From Dehalococcoidia bacterium (GTDB lineage Bacteria > Chloroflexota > Dehalococcoidia > Lucifugimonadales > UBA3495), in contig OY762251.1 in the NCBI GenBank assembly GCA_963665395.2, forward strand, positions 3,483,448-3,547,447: a stretch of DNA of 64,000 bases, in the 5' to 3' direction. Shown here piece by piece: positions 46,226 to 56,769 of the stretch; the first letter of the stretch is position 1, and every line of letters starts with the position of its first letter. The notes below the pieces were generated by a model, which saw only the letters and a program-made list of their open reading frames with translations, did not search any database and had not been told where the DNA came from. The position numbers and the translations under genes were made by a program.

Positions 46226-48862
46226 ATGGCGACCAAACAGCTGCAATTTCTCCGGGGACGAGTGCCGGCCGGGATCAAGAGGCTCAACGCGCCGCGCCTC
46301 CATTTCGGCAGGTTGGAATGGATTTTCCTTGTCATCGGTCTCATCGCGGCGGCGATGCGGCTCTGGGAATTGGATGGCCGCGCCATGCACTACGACGAGG
46401 CCATCCACCTGCATTTTTCCTGGAAATTGGCCCAAGGGATGGAGTTTGCGCATTCGCCATGGATGCACGGGCCGTTCCAGATTGAACTGGTCGCCCTGGC
46501 GCTCAAATTCATCGGCGATACCGACTTTTTGGCCCGGCTGCCCTATGCCTTGTTCGGCGTCGTATTAGTGGTACTGCCTTATTTCCTCAGGGAGGCAATC
46601 GGCGAAAAAGGGGCGGTCTGCGCCGCCATCATATTGGCTTTCTCCCCGTCTCTGCTCTATTTCAGCCGGTTCGGGCGCAACGACATATTGATGGCGGTCT
46701 GGGCGGTGTCGCTGTTGATTATGCTGTGGCGGTACAGCGTGTCGGAACGCCGGCGCTACCTTTTTGGCGCGGCGGCGATCACCGCCCTGATGCTGGCCAC
46801 CAAGGAAACGGCCTATTTCGTGATACTGTTCATGGGTATGGCGGCTTTGGGTTTGGGCTGGCGTCAAATTCTCGCCTCCCTTAGAGGGGGTCAAAGTCTC
46901 GCGGCCTGCGGGAGCGCGGCGGGGTTCTTCATCCTCCTGGCGACGCTGACCCTGCCGCAGGCGGCGGCGTTGATCGCCATAGCGCAATCGCCTTTCGGTT
47001 TGACTTTGGCGGCTCACGACACCGGGTCCACCGGAGATACTGGGGCGCCCGTTTGGGAAGCTCCCTTCGTGACCCTGCCCATTTGGGCCGCTCCGACGTG
47101 GGTCCATATAGCAGCGGCGGTGGTCCTGGTTGTTTTGGCTGTTGGATTCGCGCGCGCGGTGTGGAGAGTGCGGAGTGTCGTAGATTTGACGGCAGTGGCG
47201 GTTGCGACGCTATCCACTGTCGCGGCGGTGGCAGTGGTGGTCGCGAGCCCATTCCAACGATTGTTGTCCGAACGGAGCATACTCGCCGGAAACATAACCA
47301 GTGATATTGCGGACTACGGCGCCGGCTTGGCGTTGATGCTGTTGGCGGTCGCGCTCCTGCGCCTGAACCTGTCGGCGGTCGCCGGGTGGCGGGGAATCAT
47401 GGTGCTGTTGGGGCCGGTGGCGCTGCTGACGTTTTGGTGGCTCCTGGTTTGCTGGGGTGGTTCGGCATTTATAGGCCAACTGTTGCCCGCCGGGGCCGGT
47501 GTTGAAGATTTAAGCGCGGGCAGGGTCGCAGTGAACTACCTCATACCATTGCTTGCGTTGCTGACGCTGCTGGCGGTGGGTGGAGCGGTGGGGATCGCGT
47601 GGGGCGGCGGTGTTTGGCTGGGGTGCGCGGCGGTGTTCTACGGGATTTGGATCCCACTCTACACCACTTTGTTCACCAACTGGGCCGGGATGTTCACCGG
47701 CGCGTGGCAAAGCCTCGGCTATTGGCTAATGCAGCAGGACGTGGCCCGGGGGAACCAGCCTTGGTACTACTACTTCGTCGGGTTGGCCGTGTACGAGTTG
47801 CTGGCTTTGGCGTTTGGCATCGTGGCGGTAGTATGGCTGGTACGCCGCCGGTCCGCCTACGGCGGATTCAGCATCGTCCTGGCGGCCTGGGTGGTGGCGA
47901 CGCTGGCGATCTACACCCTTGCGGCGGAGAAAATGCCGTGGCTGCTGGTGAACATGACCGTTCCCTTAGCCATTGCAGCGGGAATGCTGATTGGACATTT
48001 ACTGGATCGAGTGCCCTGGCCTCTTGCCGGCGCCGGTGGTCGATGTCTGGTCTGGTCTTTGGTCCTTGCGCCGGCCTGGATCGGGTTGGCGATATGGATG
48101 GCCTGGCTTGCTTTGAAAGGCGACAACGGGAACATTTGGGTCTGGTTGGGCCTGCTGATCCTTTTGCCGTTGTCGGCGCTGCTGGCGGCGCTGGTGCGTG
48201 TTCAGCCGGGGGCCGGCGCGGCTGCCGCATTGGGTGTTGCCGGCCTGCTGTTGGTCTCCGGAGTGGTGGGGGCATGGAGAGCCGCATACACCTACGACGA
48301 TTCCAGCTTGGAGATCCTTGCCTACGCTCAGGGATCAGCGGACCTCACGACCACCTACGTTGACCTGAAAAACCGGGTATTTTCCGCAGCAGAGGGGTCC
48401 CAATCTGGTGTCGTCAAGGTAGATTACGATATGTGGTATCCGTTCCAATGGTACGTGCGTAAGGAAACGGAACAGGGAACCTTGCAGTTTGACCGTTTCT
48501 GCGCTGCCAATGATGACGACGGCAGCGAAGGTTGCCGCCGGGTGGGAGAAGACATCGGTCCGAGCGTTTACCTCGCCGAATATGCCCACGCCGTTGACCA
48601 GGAGGACACCGACCAGTACCGCAAGGACGGGCCGATGCGAAATTTGCTGTGGTATCCTGAAACCTACCGTCGGCCCGGAGAATCGCGCACGGACACCGGA
48701 ATTTGGCGTCAGTTGAACTCCGACGTCGCGTTCTTCAGGGACACCGCCGCCGACCCCGAGAAATTGCGTTCTGCGCTGGAATACATCATTGCGCGTCGTC
48801 AGGAAAGCGACTGGTTCACCGCCGAGTATTACCAATACACCAAAGATCGGTTCCAAGAATAG
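46226..48862 (+). CDS. Large polytopic GT-C/PMT_2-like glycosyltransferase (TIGR03663-like)
   Basis: ATG at 46226. N-terminus LWELDGRAMHYDEAIHLHFSW...SPWMHGPFQ..., many TM segments, and a soluble C-terminal ~200 aa. Confidence 0.7.
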   Translation: MATKQLQFLRGRVPAGIKRLNAPRLHFGRLEWIFLVIGLIAAAMRLWELDGRAMHYDEAIHLHFSWKLAQGMEFAHSPWMHGPFQIELVALALKFIGDTDFLARLPYALFGVVLVVLPYFLREAIGEKGAVCAAIILAFSPSLLYFSRFGRNDILMAVWAVSLLIMLWRYSVSERRRYLFGAAAITALMLATKETAYFVILFMGMAALGLGWRQILASLRGGQSLAACGSAAGFFILLATLTLPQAAALIAIAQSPFGLTLAAHDTGSTGDTGAPVWEAPFVTLPIWAAPTWVHIAAAVVLVVLAVGFARAVWRVRSVVDLTAVAVATLSTVAAVAVVVASPFQRLLSERSILAGNITSDIADYGAGLALMLLAVALLRLNLSAVAGWRGIMVLLGPVALLTFWWLLVCWGGSAFIGQLLPAGAGVEDLSAGRVAVNYLIPLLALLTLLAVGGAVGIAWGGGVWLGCAAVFYGIWIPLYTTLFTNWAGMFTGAWQSLGYWLMQQDVARGNQPWYYYFVGLAVYELLALAFGIVAVVWLVRRRSAYGGFSIVLAAWVVATLAIYTLAAEKMPWLLVNMTVPLAIAAGMLIGHLLDRVPWPLAGAGGRCLVWSLVLAPAWIGLAIWMAWLALKGDNGNIWVWLGLLILLPLSALLAALVRVQPGAGAAAALGVAGLLLVSGVVGAWRAAYTYDDSSLEILAYAQGSADLTTTYVDLKNRVFSAAEGSQSGVVKVDYDMWYPFQWYVRKETEQGTLQFDRFCAANDDDGSEGCRRVGEDIGPSVYLAEYAHAVDQEDTDQYRKDGPMRNLLWYPETYRRPGESRTDTGIWRQLNSDVAFFRDTAADPEKLRSALEYIIARRQESDWFTAEYYQYTKDRFQE

Positions 48863-48875
48863 AAGAGGTTTGCAC

Positions 48876-49403
48876 ATGACGACGACGCCCGCGTTGCCGG
48901 AACCCGGATTTGCTACGGTAGAAGACCGGGTGCAAATCAGCCGGCGGTTGATCCAACAAGCGCCTTACGAGCTTGACCGGGGCGACCGTCTCCAGGCCAC
49001 CGAGAAGATTTGGGGCGCGCTAGCCCAGATGCTCAAGGCGCACGGGCAGCAGCGGGGTTGGATGAACCTGGGCAGCCATCGCACCGTCGGCCATATCGCA
49101 AGACAATTGTCCGCTGAATACGACAGCCGCAGCATCATTGATGCCTACGTCGCGGCTGATAACGGCCATCGGAATTTTTACGATAACGAAATGAGCCCAC
49201 CGGAAATTACAGAAATCATAGCGACGGTAGCAGGGGTGTTGCCTGATTTGGAAAGAGCGTTGCGCGAACCGCCGCGGCCCTACACTATCCGCGAAGTTGA
49301 CCGTTGGCGGGTGAGAACACTCACGGGAAGGCAGAATTTGGAGATTGGCGATACCTCCCCGGTGGGATTCTCAAACACGCACCCGTCTCCCGACGCCGAT
49401 TAA
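48876..49403 (+). CDS. PaREP1/HEPN-like protein (tentative) embedded in the membrane-glycosylation cluster
   Basis: Motif LQATEKIWGALAQMLKAHGQQRGWMNLGSHRTVGHIARQL. Gaps to the flanking genes are 13 nt and 2 nt. Confidence 0.55.
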   Translation: MTTTPALPEPGFATVEDRVQISRRLIQQAPYELDRGDRLQATEKIWGALAQMLKAHGQQRGWMNLGSHRTVGHIARQLSAEYDSRSIIDAYVAADNGHRNFYDNEMSPPEITEIIATVAGVLPDLERALREPPRPYTIREVDRWRVRTLTGRQNLEIGDTSPVGFSNTHPSPDAD

Positions 49404-49405
49404 CG

Positions 49406-50527
49406 ATGACCTACTTCCTTGGCAATTGGCGCTTCTGGGCGGGTGTGCTGGTCAGCGTGGTGGCGCTGGGCCTGCTGGTGTTGCTGGTGGACCGGCGGGA
49501 GCTGATGGAGGCGTTGCTGACCGCAAACTACCTCTATCTGGCGCCGGCCATCGTGCTGTATTTCATCGGACAGTGGTTCCGCGCCCTGCGCTGGCAATAT
49601 TTGCTGTCGCCCATCGACCGCATTCCCGCCCGGCGGCTGTATCCCGTCATCATCATCGGTTATATGGCGAACAACGTGCTGCCGGCCCGGTTGGGCGAAC
49701 TGGTGCGGGCCGTCTATCTTTCGCAGCGGGAAAAATCGGTCAGCGTCCCGGCGTCCATCGCCACGCTGAGTGTGGAGCGGCTGTACGACGGGCTCACGCT
49801 GCTGGCCATGGGCGCGGTGGCAGCGCCCATCCTGCTGGCCGCCGGCCGGTTCAACGACGCCAGCCTGGCCCACCAGTCCACTGCCATCGTGCTGATGGTG
49901 GGCGTCATTCTCAGCTTCGCAATCGCGTTGGTAGCGCTGACGGCGCTGGCGACCAGCCGTCGGGCCGTGGATTGGCTCGTGGCCCTGGCGGTAATCCTGC
50001 CGGCCAGGTTCCGCGTTATAGCCACGGACGTTATTCACGGATTCGTTGAAGGCTTGGCCGCGCTGAATTCTCCCCGCAAGCACGCTGTACTGTTCCTGGG
50101 TTCCCTGCCGGTGTGGCTGGCGGAGGCCGGCGTGTATCTCATCGTGGCGTACTCCTTCAACCTTCAGGACTACTTCAGTTCGTTCTGGTTGCTGGCGGCG
50201 GCGATTCTGCTGGTAACGGTTACGTCGAATCTCATCACCGCCATACCGGCGTCCATCGGCGGCATCGGCCCCTTCGAGGTGGTAGCCCAGCAGACCCTGG
50301 TGGCGCTGGGCATCGGCGCGGCGCTGGCGGCGGCCTATACGGTGGCGGTGCATCTGGTCGCGCTGTGGCTGCCGGTCAACATCGCCGGGTTGGTTTTGCT
50401 CCTCTGGCACAACCTGTCGCTGCGCCGGCTGACGGCCTTACCGGAAGGGGAGACGGAGAGCGAACCGGACGGCGCGACAACCCCGGTTCCCGGACGTACC
50501 GGAGCGGGCGCCGCACAGGATAATTGA
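49406..50527 (+). CDS. Flippase-like / lysylphosphatidylglycerol-synthase TM-region family membrane protein (UPF0104)
   Basis: Motifs FRALRWQYLL and YMANNVLPARLGELVRAVYL, with about 8 TM segments. Confidence 0.7.
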   Translation: MTYFLGNWRFWAGVLVSVVALGLLVLLVDRRELMEALLTANYLYLAPAIVLYFIGQWFRALRWQYLLSPIDRIPARRLYPVIIIGYMANNVLPARLGELVRAVYLSQREKSVSVPASIATLSVERLYDGLTLLAMGAVAAPILLAAGRFNDASLAHQSTAIVLMVGVILSFAIALVALTALATSRRAVDWLVALAVILPARFRVIATDVIHGFVEGLAALNSPRKHAVLFLGSLPVWLAEAGVYLIVAYSFNLQDYFSSFWLLAAAILLVTVTSNLITAIPASIGGIGPFEVVAQQTLVALGIGAALAAAYTVAVHLVALWLPVNIAGLVLLLWHNLSLRRLTALPEGETESEPDGATTPVPGRTGAGAAQDN

Positions 50528-50530
50528 GCT

Positions 50531-51868
50531 ATGCGTGTAGGTATCATCGGAGGCGGCGCGGCCGGCCTGGCCGCCGCCCTGGAACTGACCAACCGGGGAC
50601 ATTTCGCCGAGGTGTTCGAGGTCGCTCCCTTCCTGGGCGGGCAGGCGTCAACTTTTGAGGTGGGCGGCGGCCAGTTGGAGCGAGGGTATCACCACCTGTT
50701 CGTCAGCGACACCGATATGGTGGAGTTGGTGGACGAGCTTGGGCTGGGCGACTCTATGGAATGGCTGGAGTCGAAGGTGGGGCTGTTCCACGGTGGCCGC
50801 ATCTGGGATTTCGCCACCCCAATGGACCTGTTGCGCTTTTCTCCGCTGCCTTTCGCCCAGCGCATCCGGCTGGGATTGTGGACGTTCCTCTTGCAGAAAA
50901 CCCGCAACTGGCGCAAGTTTGAGGACGTTACCGCCGCCGAATGGACCCGCAAACACATGGGAGAGGCGGCCTACCGAGTAATCTGGGAACCCATGCTGCG
51001 GGGCAAGTTCGGCGACTACTACGACCAGGTCAGCATGACCTGGCTGTGGGGCAAGATCTACCTCAGGGTAGCGTCGCGGAAACGGATGCAGAAGGAGCGG
51101 TTGGGCTATCCGATGTGCAGCTTCGGCGCGGTGTTCGACACCTGCGGGGAGCGTATTGTGGAGCAGGGCGGTCAAGTGCATATTGGCGCGGCGGTGCGCC
51201 GCATCAACGTCGCCGATGGCCGCGCCACCGGCTTCACCGCCGCCGTGAAGGGCGGCGACGCGCGGGATTACGAGTACGACGCGGTCATTGCCACCACCCC
51301 GTCCAACGTGTTCACCCGGCTGGCGCCTGACTTGCCCGACGATTACCGCGCCGTGCTGGAATCGGCCCGCTACCTGTCGGCGGTGCTGCTGATCCTGGTG
51401 CTGGACCGGCCCTTGACGTCAAAGTACTGGCTCAACGTGGCCGACCGCAGCCTGCCTTTCGTCGGCGTCATCGAGCACACCAACATGATCGACCGCAACC
51501 TGTACGGCGGCCAGCACATTGTCTATCTCACCAACTACCCCGACCGCGAAAGCGAGCTGTATCGCAAGGAACCGGCGGAGTTGCTGGAGGAGTTCGTTCC
51601 CTACCTGCAACGATTGAACCCCGATTTCAAGCGGGATTGGATCCTGGAGTACCACCATCACCGGGTTGACGGGGCGCAGCCGATAATTGGCGTCAATTAC
51701 AGTGAACGCATCCCGGACCACCGGACGCCGTTCCGGTCGCTGTACCTGGCCAACACCACGCAAATCTACCCGGAAGACCGGGGAACCAACTACTCGGTAC
51801 GCATGGGCCGGCAGGTGGCGCGGATGGTTTTGGAGGATTGGGATAAGGGCGCATCAATTGATGTATAA
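50531..51868 (+). CDS. NAD(P)/FAD-dependent oxidoreductase (amine-oxidase/phytoene-desaturase-like)
   Basis: Dinucleotide-binding motif VGIIGGGAAGLAAALEL...FEVAPFLGG. Confidence 0.75.
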   Translation: MRVGIIGGGAAGLAAALELTNRGHFAEVFEVAPFLGGQASTFEVGGGQLERGYHHLFVSDTDMVELVDELGLGDSMEWLESKVGLFHGGRIWDFATPMDLLRFSPLPFAQRIRLGLWTFLLQKTRNWRKFEDVTAAEWTRKHMGEAAYRVIWEPMLRGKFGDYYDQVSMTWLWGKIYLRVASRKRMQKERLGYPMCSFGAVFDTCGERIVEQGGQVHIGAAVRRINVADGRATGFTAAVKGGDARDYEYDAVIATTPSNVFTRLAPDLPDDYRAVLESARYLSAVLLILVLDRPLTSKYWLNVADRSLPFVGVIEHTNMIDRNLYGGQHIVYLTNYPDRESELYRKEPAELLEEFVPYLQRLNPDFKRDWILEYHHHRVDGAQPIIGVNYSERIPDHRTPFRSLYLANTTQIYPEDRGTNYSVRMGRQVARMVLEDWDKGASIDV

Positions 51869-51894
51869 TATAATGCGTGTGATAGGAGAGTGTT

Positions 51895-52092
51895 ATGAGA
51901 ACGACTGTGAACCTGGATGACGAATTACTGGAAGATGCCAAATGGCTCACTGGCATAGATGGCACGACGCAACTCGTCAATGCGGCTCTCAAAGCGTTGG
52001 TCGAGCGGGAAGCCGCCAGGAGATTGGCGAAAATGGGTGGTACCATGCCCGACCTGCAGCCAATCCCTCGTAGGCGCAGCGAACTGTCATGA
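51895..52092 (+). CDS. vapB: VapB-family antitoxin (RHH, DUF2191-like)
   Basis: Motif MRTTVNLDDELLEDAKWLTG...LVNAALKALVERE. Overlaps the vapC start by 4 nt. Confidence 0.75.
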   Translation: MRTTVNLDDELLEDAKWLTGIDGTTQLVNAALKALVEREAARRLAKMGGTMPDLQPIPRRRSELS

Positions 52093-52460
52093 TACTGGTC
52101 GACACCCCGGTGTGGATAGATCATTGGCGTTCGCCTTTATTCCACCTGATAGAACTCCTCAGTAGCGGGGAGATATTGACTCACCCCATGGTAATTGGCG
52201 AGTTGGCGTGCGGAAATATACGGGATCGTCAACAAACCATTCGAATTCTGAACAGATCGCCGCGGGCGCCCTGGGCCGGCCACTCGGAGGTAATTGACTT
52301 CATTGAGGCGCGACGACTCATGGGACGGGGGATCGGCTACATTGACGTACACCTTTTGGCATCGGCCATGTTAGACGACGCTACGAAACTGTGGACTGTT
52401 GATCGCCGGCTGCATACCGCTGCCGTCGAATTGGTGATTGCCTACGAGATTGCTGAATAA
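52089..52460 (+). CDS. vapC: PIN-domain toxin VapC
   Basis: Motifs MILVDTPVWIDH, VIGELACG and GIGYIDVHLLASA. Confidence 0.8.
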   Translation: MILVDTPVWIDHWRSPLFHLIELLSSGEILTHPMVIGELACGNIRDRQQTIRILNRSPRAPWAGHSEVIDFIEARRLMGRGIGYIDVHLLASAMLDDATKLWTVDRRLHTAAVELVIAYEIAE

Positions 52461-52580
52461 GGGGATGGAGATGTCCGAACGGCGGCAAGCCCTCTCGCAG
52501 ATATTCTATTGGTTGGGGCGCCCTATAGGCAGGTAACACCTGCTTGCGGCGCCGTCGGCGTTCAACGCTGGGGCCGCCGA

Positions 52581-52838
52581 CTAATCCGGTTCCGGCCCCC
52601 GCATCCCGTCGGCGTACCACCAGAACTTTGCTAACGACCAGCCGCCGGCCCGACGCCGTATTCCGGCGAAGGTTTTGGCTCGAATATCACCGTTGTGACG
52701 GGGTACTGAAACCGTGTGCGTTTCCAAAGTCCACTTGTCATGGCCGCCGCGGCCACGGCCGGGAGTGAACATGAACCCGGCCGCCCTCAATGCGCGCGCA
52801 ACATCATTGCGGTTGGCTTGCCTGGGTATTGAGTACAC
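52581..52838 (-). CDS. hicA: HicA-family mRNA interferase toxin
   Basis: Motifs VARALRAAGFMFTPGRGRGGHDKW and VPRHNGDIRAKTFAGIRRRAG. Confidence 0.7.
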   Translation of the reverse strand: MYSIPRQANRNDVARALRAAGFMFTPGRGRGGHDKWTLETHTVSVPRHNGDIRAKTFAGIRRRAGGWSLAKFWWYADGMRGPEPD

Positions 52839-52855
52839 CGGCTGAACTGCAATTT

Positions 52856-53212
52856 TCAGCGGTATGGGTTAGGCCCTGAGACAGTGACTTTATCAAGGGT
52901 GTACCTCAGCCCTTCGTCGGCGTATTCGGAGCAGGCTTTTGCCATGGCACCGGGCGGGCAGACCGGGAACTGTCCTGGCGGGTAGCCGGACATAAAACAT
53001 TGAATGGCGTCTTTCACCATTGCGAGCGCTTCCTTGTAGGTGCGCCCATCGGACGCTACTCCAATCTCTGGGGCGTCGGCGCACCAGCGCCAGTCGCCGT
53101 CAAAGTCCTCTCCGTCGTAGTAGCTCACCAGAACTTGAAAGGCGCCGGTGTCCTCAATGCCGGCCGCCGGGTCCGCGGCCGGTTCCGATGCTTGAGTATC
53201 TGCGGTTGTCAT
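52856..53212 (-). CDS. hicB: HicB-family antitoxin (no obvious DNA-binding extension)
   Basis: ATG at 53212. Motif WCADAPEIGVASDGRTYKEALAMVKDAIQCF. Ends 17 nt upstream of hicA. Confidence 0.65.
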   Translation of the reverse strand: MTTADTQASEPAADPAAGIEDTGAFQVLVSYYDGEDFDGDWRWCADAPEIGVASDGRTYKEALAMVKDAIQCFMSGYPPGQFPVCPPGAMAKACSEYADEGLRYTLDKVTVSGPNPYR

Positions 53213-53354
53213 CTTTGATTTGCCTCCGCTTTTCCTGGACGCAGGGTAGCACGGAAGCGGTTTTCGGCGAAATATGATGACGGGCATAACGGGCGGGTTG
53301 GCCTGATTTTTAGTATAATCAAAGAACCTGCCAGCCCGTTCAAGACTGCTTATT

Positions 53355-53993
53355 TTGCCCACCATCGCCGTCCTGGCCGACGACCGCAACGGCCACCATC
53401 CTGAACCATCTATCCGCGCGGTTGAGGAGGCCGGCGGGCAAGTTCGTATTGTTGCCCCCGACGCCGGAGCCGGCGCAATGGCCGGAATTGGCGGCCTGTT
53501 CGTTCCCGATGTCGGCAACCCGCAAGCCGCCGGATTGCTCCACGCGGCGTTGGCCGTCGATATGCCGGCACTCGCCACCGGCAGCGGGATGCACCTGCTC
53601 AACGCCTGCTTCGGCGGGCAGCCGGCAAAGGACGTAGGCGGACATCAGGGCGATGACGTAACCGAGACGGTTAGACACCAAATCTACCTGTCCCCGGGCT
53701 CCAAAGTTGCCGCCATCATCGGCAGCGCAGGAATGTTCCGCGTCAACAGCCGGCATCAATTGGGCCTGCGCGAACCGCAGCGAGCCGAGCGGTTGCTGAC
53801 CATTGCGTATCAACTGGACGACGGCGTGATTGAAGGACTGGAAAGCAAGGAACACAGCTGGGTAATCGGAGTGCAGTTCCTGCCGGAACGCGCCGACGAG
53901 GTTCCGGCCAGCTTCGGCAATTTGTTCCTGGGACTGGTGGAACGCGCCCAGGATTTTATTGAGAGTAACGACACAAGGAGAAACCCACGATGA
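53355..53993 (+). CDS. Class-I glutamine amidotransferase-like (peptidase C26-like) protein lacking the Cys/His catalytic residues
   Basis: TTG start. Colinear with C26 motifs, but GICRGMQ is ATGSGMH and GVQWHPE is GVQFLPE. VNSRHQ is retained. Confidence 0.6.
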   Translation: MPTIAVLADDRNGHHPEPSIRAVEEAGGQVRIVAPDAGAGAMAGIGGLFVPDVGNPQAAGLLHAALAVDMPALATGSGMHLLNACFGGQPAKDVGGHQGDDVTETVRHQIYLSPGSKVAAIIGSAGMFRVNSRHQLGLREPQRAERLLTIAYQLDDGVIEGLESKEHSWVIGVQFLPERADEVPASFGNLFLGLVERAQDFIESNDTRRNPR

Positions 53994-56731
53994 CCACCGC
54001 TCCTCCACCACAAACCGGCGGCGAATTCATTGATCGCGCAATTGGCGATGAGATGCGCGAGTCGTATCTCTCCTACGCGATGTCGGTCATCGTGGCCCGG
54101 GCCCTGCCGGACGTGCGGGACGGGTTGAAACCGGTGCAGCGCCGGATCCTCTATGCCATGCACGACATGGGCATTCGGCCGGGCAGCCAGTATCGCAAGA
54201 GCGCGCGCATCGTGGGCGAAGTGCTGGGCAAGTTCCACCCCCACGGGGACGGGTCGGTGTACGACGCTCTGGTCCGAATGGCTCAGCAGTTTTCCATGCG
54301 GGCTCCGCTGATTGACGGCCAGGGCAATTACGGCAGCATCGACGGCGACCCGCCGGCCGCCATGCGCTATACCGAGGCGCGCCTGGCCGCCATCGCCGAC
54401 GAGATGCTGGCCGACATCGACCAGCAAACCGTTGATTTCAGCGACAACTTCGACGATTCCCTCAAGGAACCCCAAGTGCTGCCGGCGCGAATGCCCAACC
54501 TGCTGGTCAACGGTTCATCGGGCATTGCGGTAGGAATGGCAACCAATATGCCGCCCCACAACCTGGGCGAAATCTGTGATGCCATTTGCTACGTCATCGA
54601 TCATCCGGCGTGCAACGTTGACCAACTCATGGAGATCGTGCCGGCGCCGGATTTTCCCACGTCCGGACGCATTCGCGGCGTAGCCGGCGTGCGCGATATG
54701 TACGCCACCGGCCGGGGCCGCGTCGTCATGGAGGCAGTGACCCAGATCGAGGATATGCCCGGACGCAACTCCAACCGGCAGCGCATCGTCATCAGCGAGC
54801 TGCCCTACCAGGTCAACAAGGCGACCCTGGTCGAGAAAATCGCCAGCCTGGTGCGGGACAAGACCCTGGCGGGGATCACCGAGATTCGCGACGAGTCGGA
54901 CCGGCGCGGCATCCGGGTGGTCATTGAGTTGGCCCGCAATGCCCAGGCTACGGTGATCCTGAACAACCTGTACAAGCGGACGGCGCTGCGCTCTGCGTTC
55001 AACGCCATCATGCTGGCGCTGGTTGACGGCCAGCCCCAGGAATTGCCGCTGAAAGATCTCATAACCTACTTCGTCGCCCATCGGGAAGACGTAATCCGCC
55101 GCCGCACCGAATACCAGTTGGGGCGGGCGCGGGACCGGGCGCACATCGTGGAGGGTCTTCTCAAGGCCCTGGACGCCATCGACGCCATCATTGAAACCAT
55201 CCGCAACAGCCAGGACGTGGAGACCGCGCGGAATAACCTGGTGCAGGAGTTCGACCTGTCGGAAATCCAGGCCCAGGCCATACTGGATATGCAGCTGCGC
55301 CGGCTGGCCGCCCTGGAACGGCAACGGCTGGATGAGGAGTACAACGACCTGTTGGCTACCATCGCCCGCCTGGAGGACTTGCTGCAAAACCCCCAGAAAA
55401 TCCGCGCCGAAATCAAGCGGGAAACCCGCGAAGTCAAGCGCAAGCACTCCGACGCTCGCCGCACTGAAATTATCCGAGCGGAACTGGAAGAACAGTCCAT
55501 CGAGCAGTTCATCGTCCAGGAAGACGTGGTGGTCACCCTGAGCCAGCGCGGCTACATCAAGCGCGTGCCCATCAACACCTACCGCAACCAGCGACGCGGC
55601 GGCAAAGGGGTGCGCGGGGCCAACAACCGCGACGATGACGCCATCATGCAGATAGCGGTGGTGAACACCCACGAGCAATTGTTGTTCTTCACCAACAAGG
55701 GCCGCGTCTATCCATTGAACGTGTACGAAACCCCTAACGATACCGGCAGGACAGCGCGAGGAACCCTGTTGGTGAATCTGATCCCCTTGCAACCCGGGGA
55801 GCAGGTGCAGACCATGTTGCCGGCCAGCCGGGGCGAGTACAACCGCCTCTATATCTTTGCCACTCGCAACGGGCGGGTCAACGCGCTGCGTCCGGGTCAA
55901 TTGGAAAACCTGCGGAAATCGGGCCTTATCGCCATGAAGATCCTGGACGGCGACGAGTTGGTGGCGGTGCGCCCCGCCCATGCCGATGCCTCAATCGTGT
56001 TGGTCACCGAACAGGGCCAGGCCCTGTTGTGTCCGGTGTCCAGTATCCCGGAGCGGAATCGCAACGCGGCCGGCGTTATCGGCATGAAGTTCAAGGACGA
56101 GCACAGCGGGAAGGATCGGGTGGTGGCGATGGACGTGGTGAATGATCCCGAAGACGAATTCCTGTTGGTGGTCAGCGAGAAGGGCTATGGGAAAGCCACG
56201 CCCTTGTGCAACAGCAAGGGAGAAGCGGTGTATCGCGAAACCAACCGGGGCGGCATGGGCGTGAAGACCTTTGCCGTGGACCAGGGCGACAAGCCCACCG
56301 GGCCGGTGGTGGACGCCAAGATCGTGACCTCCGCCGAAATGAACGATGAAGAAGGGCACGAGGTGTTCATTATTTCGGCCAACGGCCAGGTGGTTCGCAT
56401 TAATCTCGCTGAAGTCAAAGTGGTCAACACCCGTCAGACCAAGGGCGTAATCATCTGGAGAGAGCGGGGCGGCGACGACAGCGTGGTTTCTATCTACTGC
56501 TTCCGCGCCAACGACTACAGCCGGGAAGACCCCTCGCGGCAGAATGAAGAAGCCGGTTCGGCGCTGGCCCAGGCAGAGGAGATCGCCGCCCAGGCGGACA
56601 GTCAGTATGAAGACGGCGACGCATCGGAAATGGGTGAAACCGATCTGTCCGACGACGTTGACGATGATGATGAGGATGACGGCGGTGATGAACCGGATAC
56701 GCCAATGAATGGCCAGGGTCACCTGCTGTAA
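53990..56731 (+). CDS. gyrA: DNA gyrase subunit A
   Basis: Motifs [36 protein letters not shown] and HPHGD, with an acidic C-terminal tail. Confidence 0.95.
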   Translation: MTTAPPPQTGGEFIDRAIGDEMRESYLSYAMSVIVARALPDVRDGLKPVQRRILYAMHDMGIRPGSQYRKSARIVGEVLGKFHPHGDGSVYDALVRMAQQFSMRAPLIDGQGNYGSIDGDPPAAMRYTEARLAAIADEMLADIDQQTVDFSDNFDDSLKEPQVLPARMPNLLVNGSSGIAVGMATNMPPHNLGEICDAICYVIDHPACNVDQLMEIVPAPDFPTSGRIRGVAGVRDMYATGRGRVVMEAVTQIEDMPGRNSNRQRIVISELPYQVNKATLVEKIASLVRDKTLAGITEIRDESDRRGIRVVIELARNAQATVILNNLYKRTALRSAFNAIMLALVDGQPQELPLKDLITYFVAHREDVIRRRTEYQLGRARDRAHIVEGLLKALDAIDAIIETIRNSQDVETARNNLVQEFDLSEIQAQAILDMQLRRLAALERQRLDEEYNDLLATIARLEDLLQNPQKIRAEIKRETREVKRKHSDARRTEIIRAELEEQSIEQFIVQEDVVVTLSQRGYIKRVPINTYRNQRRGGKGVRGANNRDDDAIMQIAVVNTHEQLLFFTNKGRVYPLNVYETPNDTGRTARGTLLVNLIPLQPGEQVQTMLPASRGEYNRLYIFATRNGRVNALRPGQLENLRKSGLIAMKILDGDELVAVRPAHADASIVLVTEQGQALLCPVSSIPERNRNAAGVIGMKFKDEHSGKDRVVAMDVVNDPEDEFLLVVSEKGYGKATPLCNSKGEAVYRETNRGGMGVKTFAVDQGDKPTGPVVDAKIVTSAEMNDEEGHEVFIISANGQVVRINLAEVKVVNTRQTKGVIIWRERGGDDSVVSIYCFRANDYSREDPSRQNEEAGSALAQAEEIAAQADSQYEDGDASEMGETDLSDDVDDDDEDDGGDEPDTPMNGQGHLL

Positions 56732-56769
56732 CAGTGGTACAAGATCCAAAGGAGGCGCAGATTACGGCA

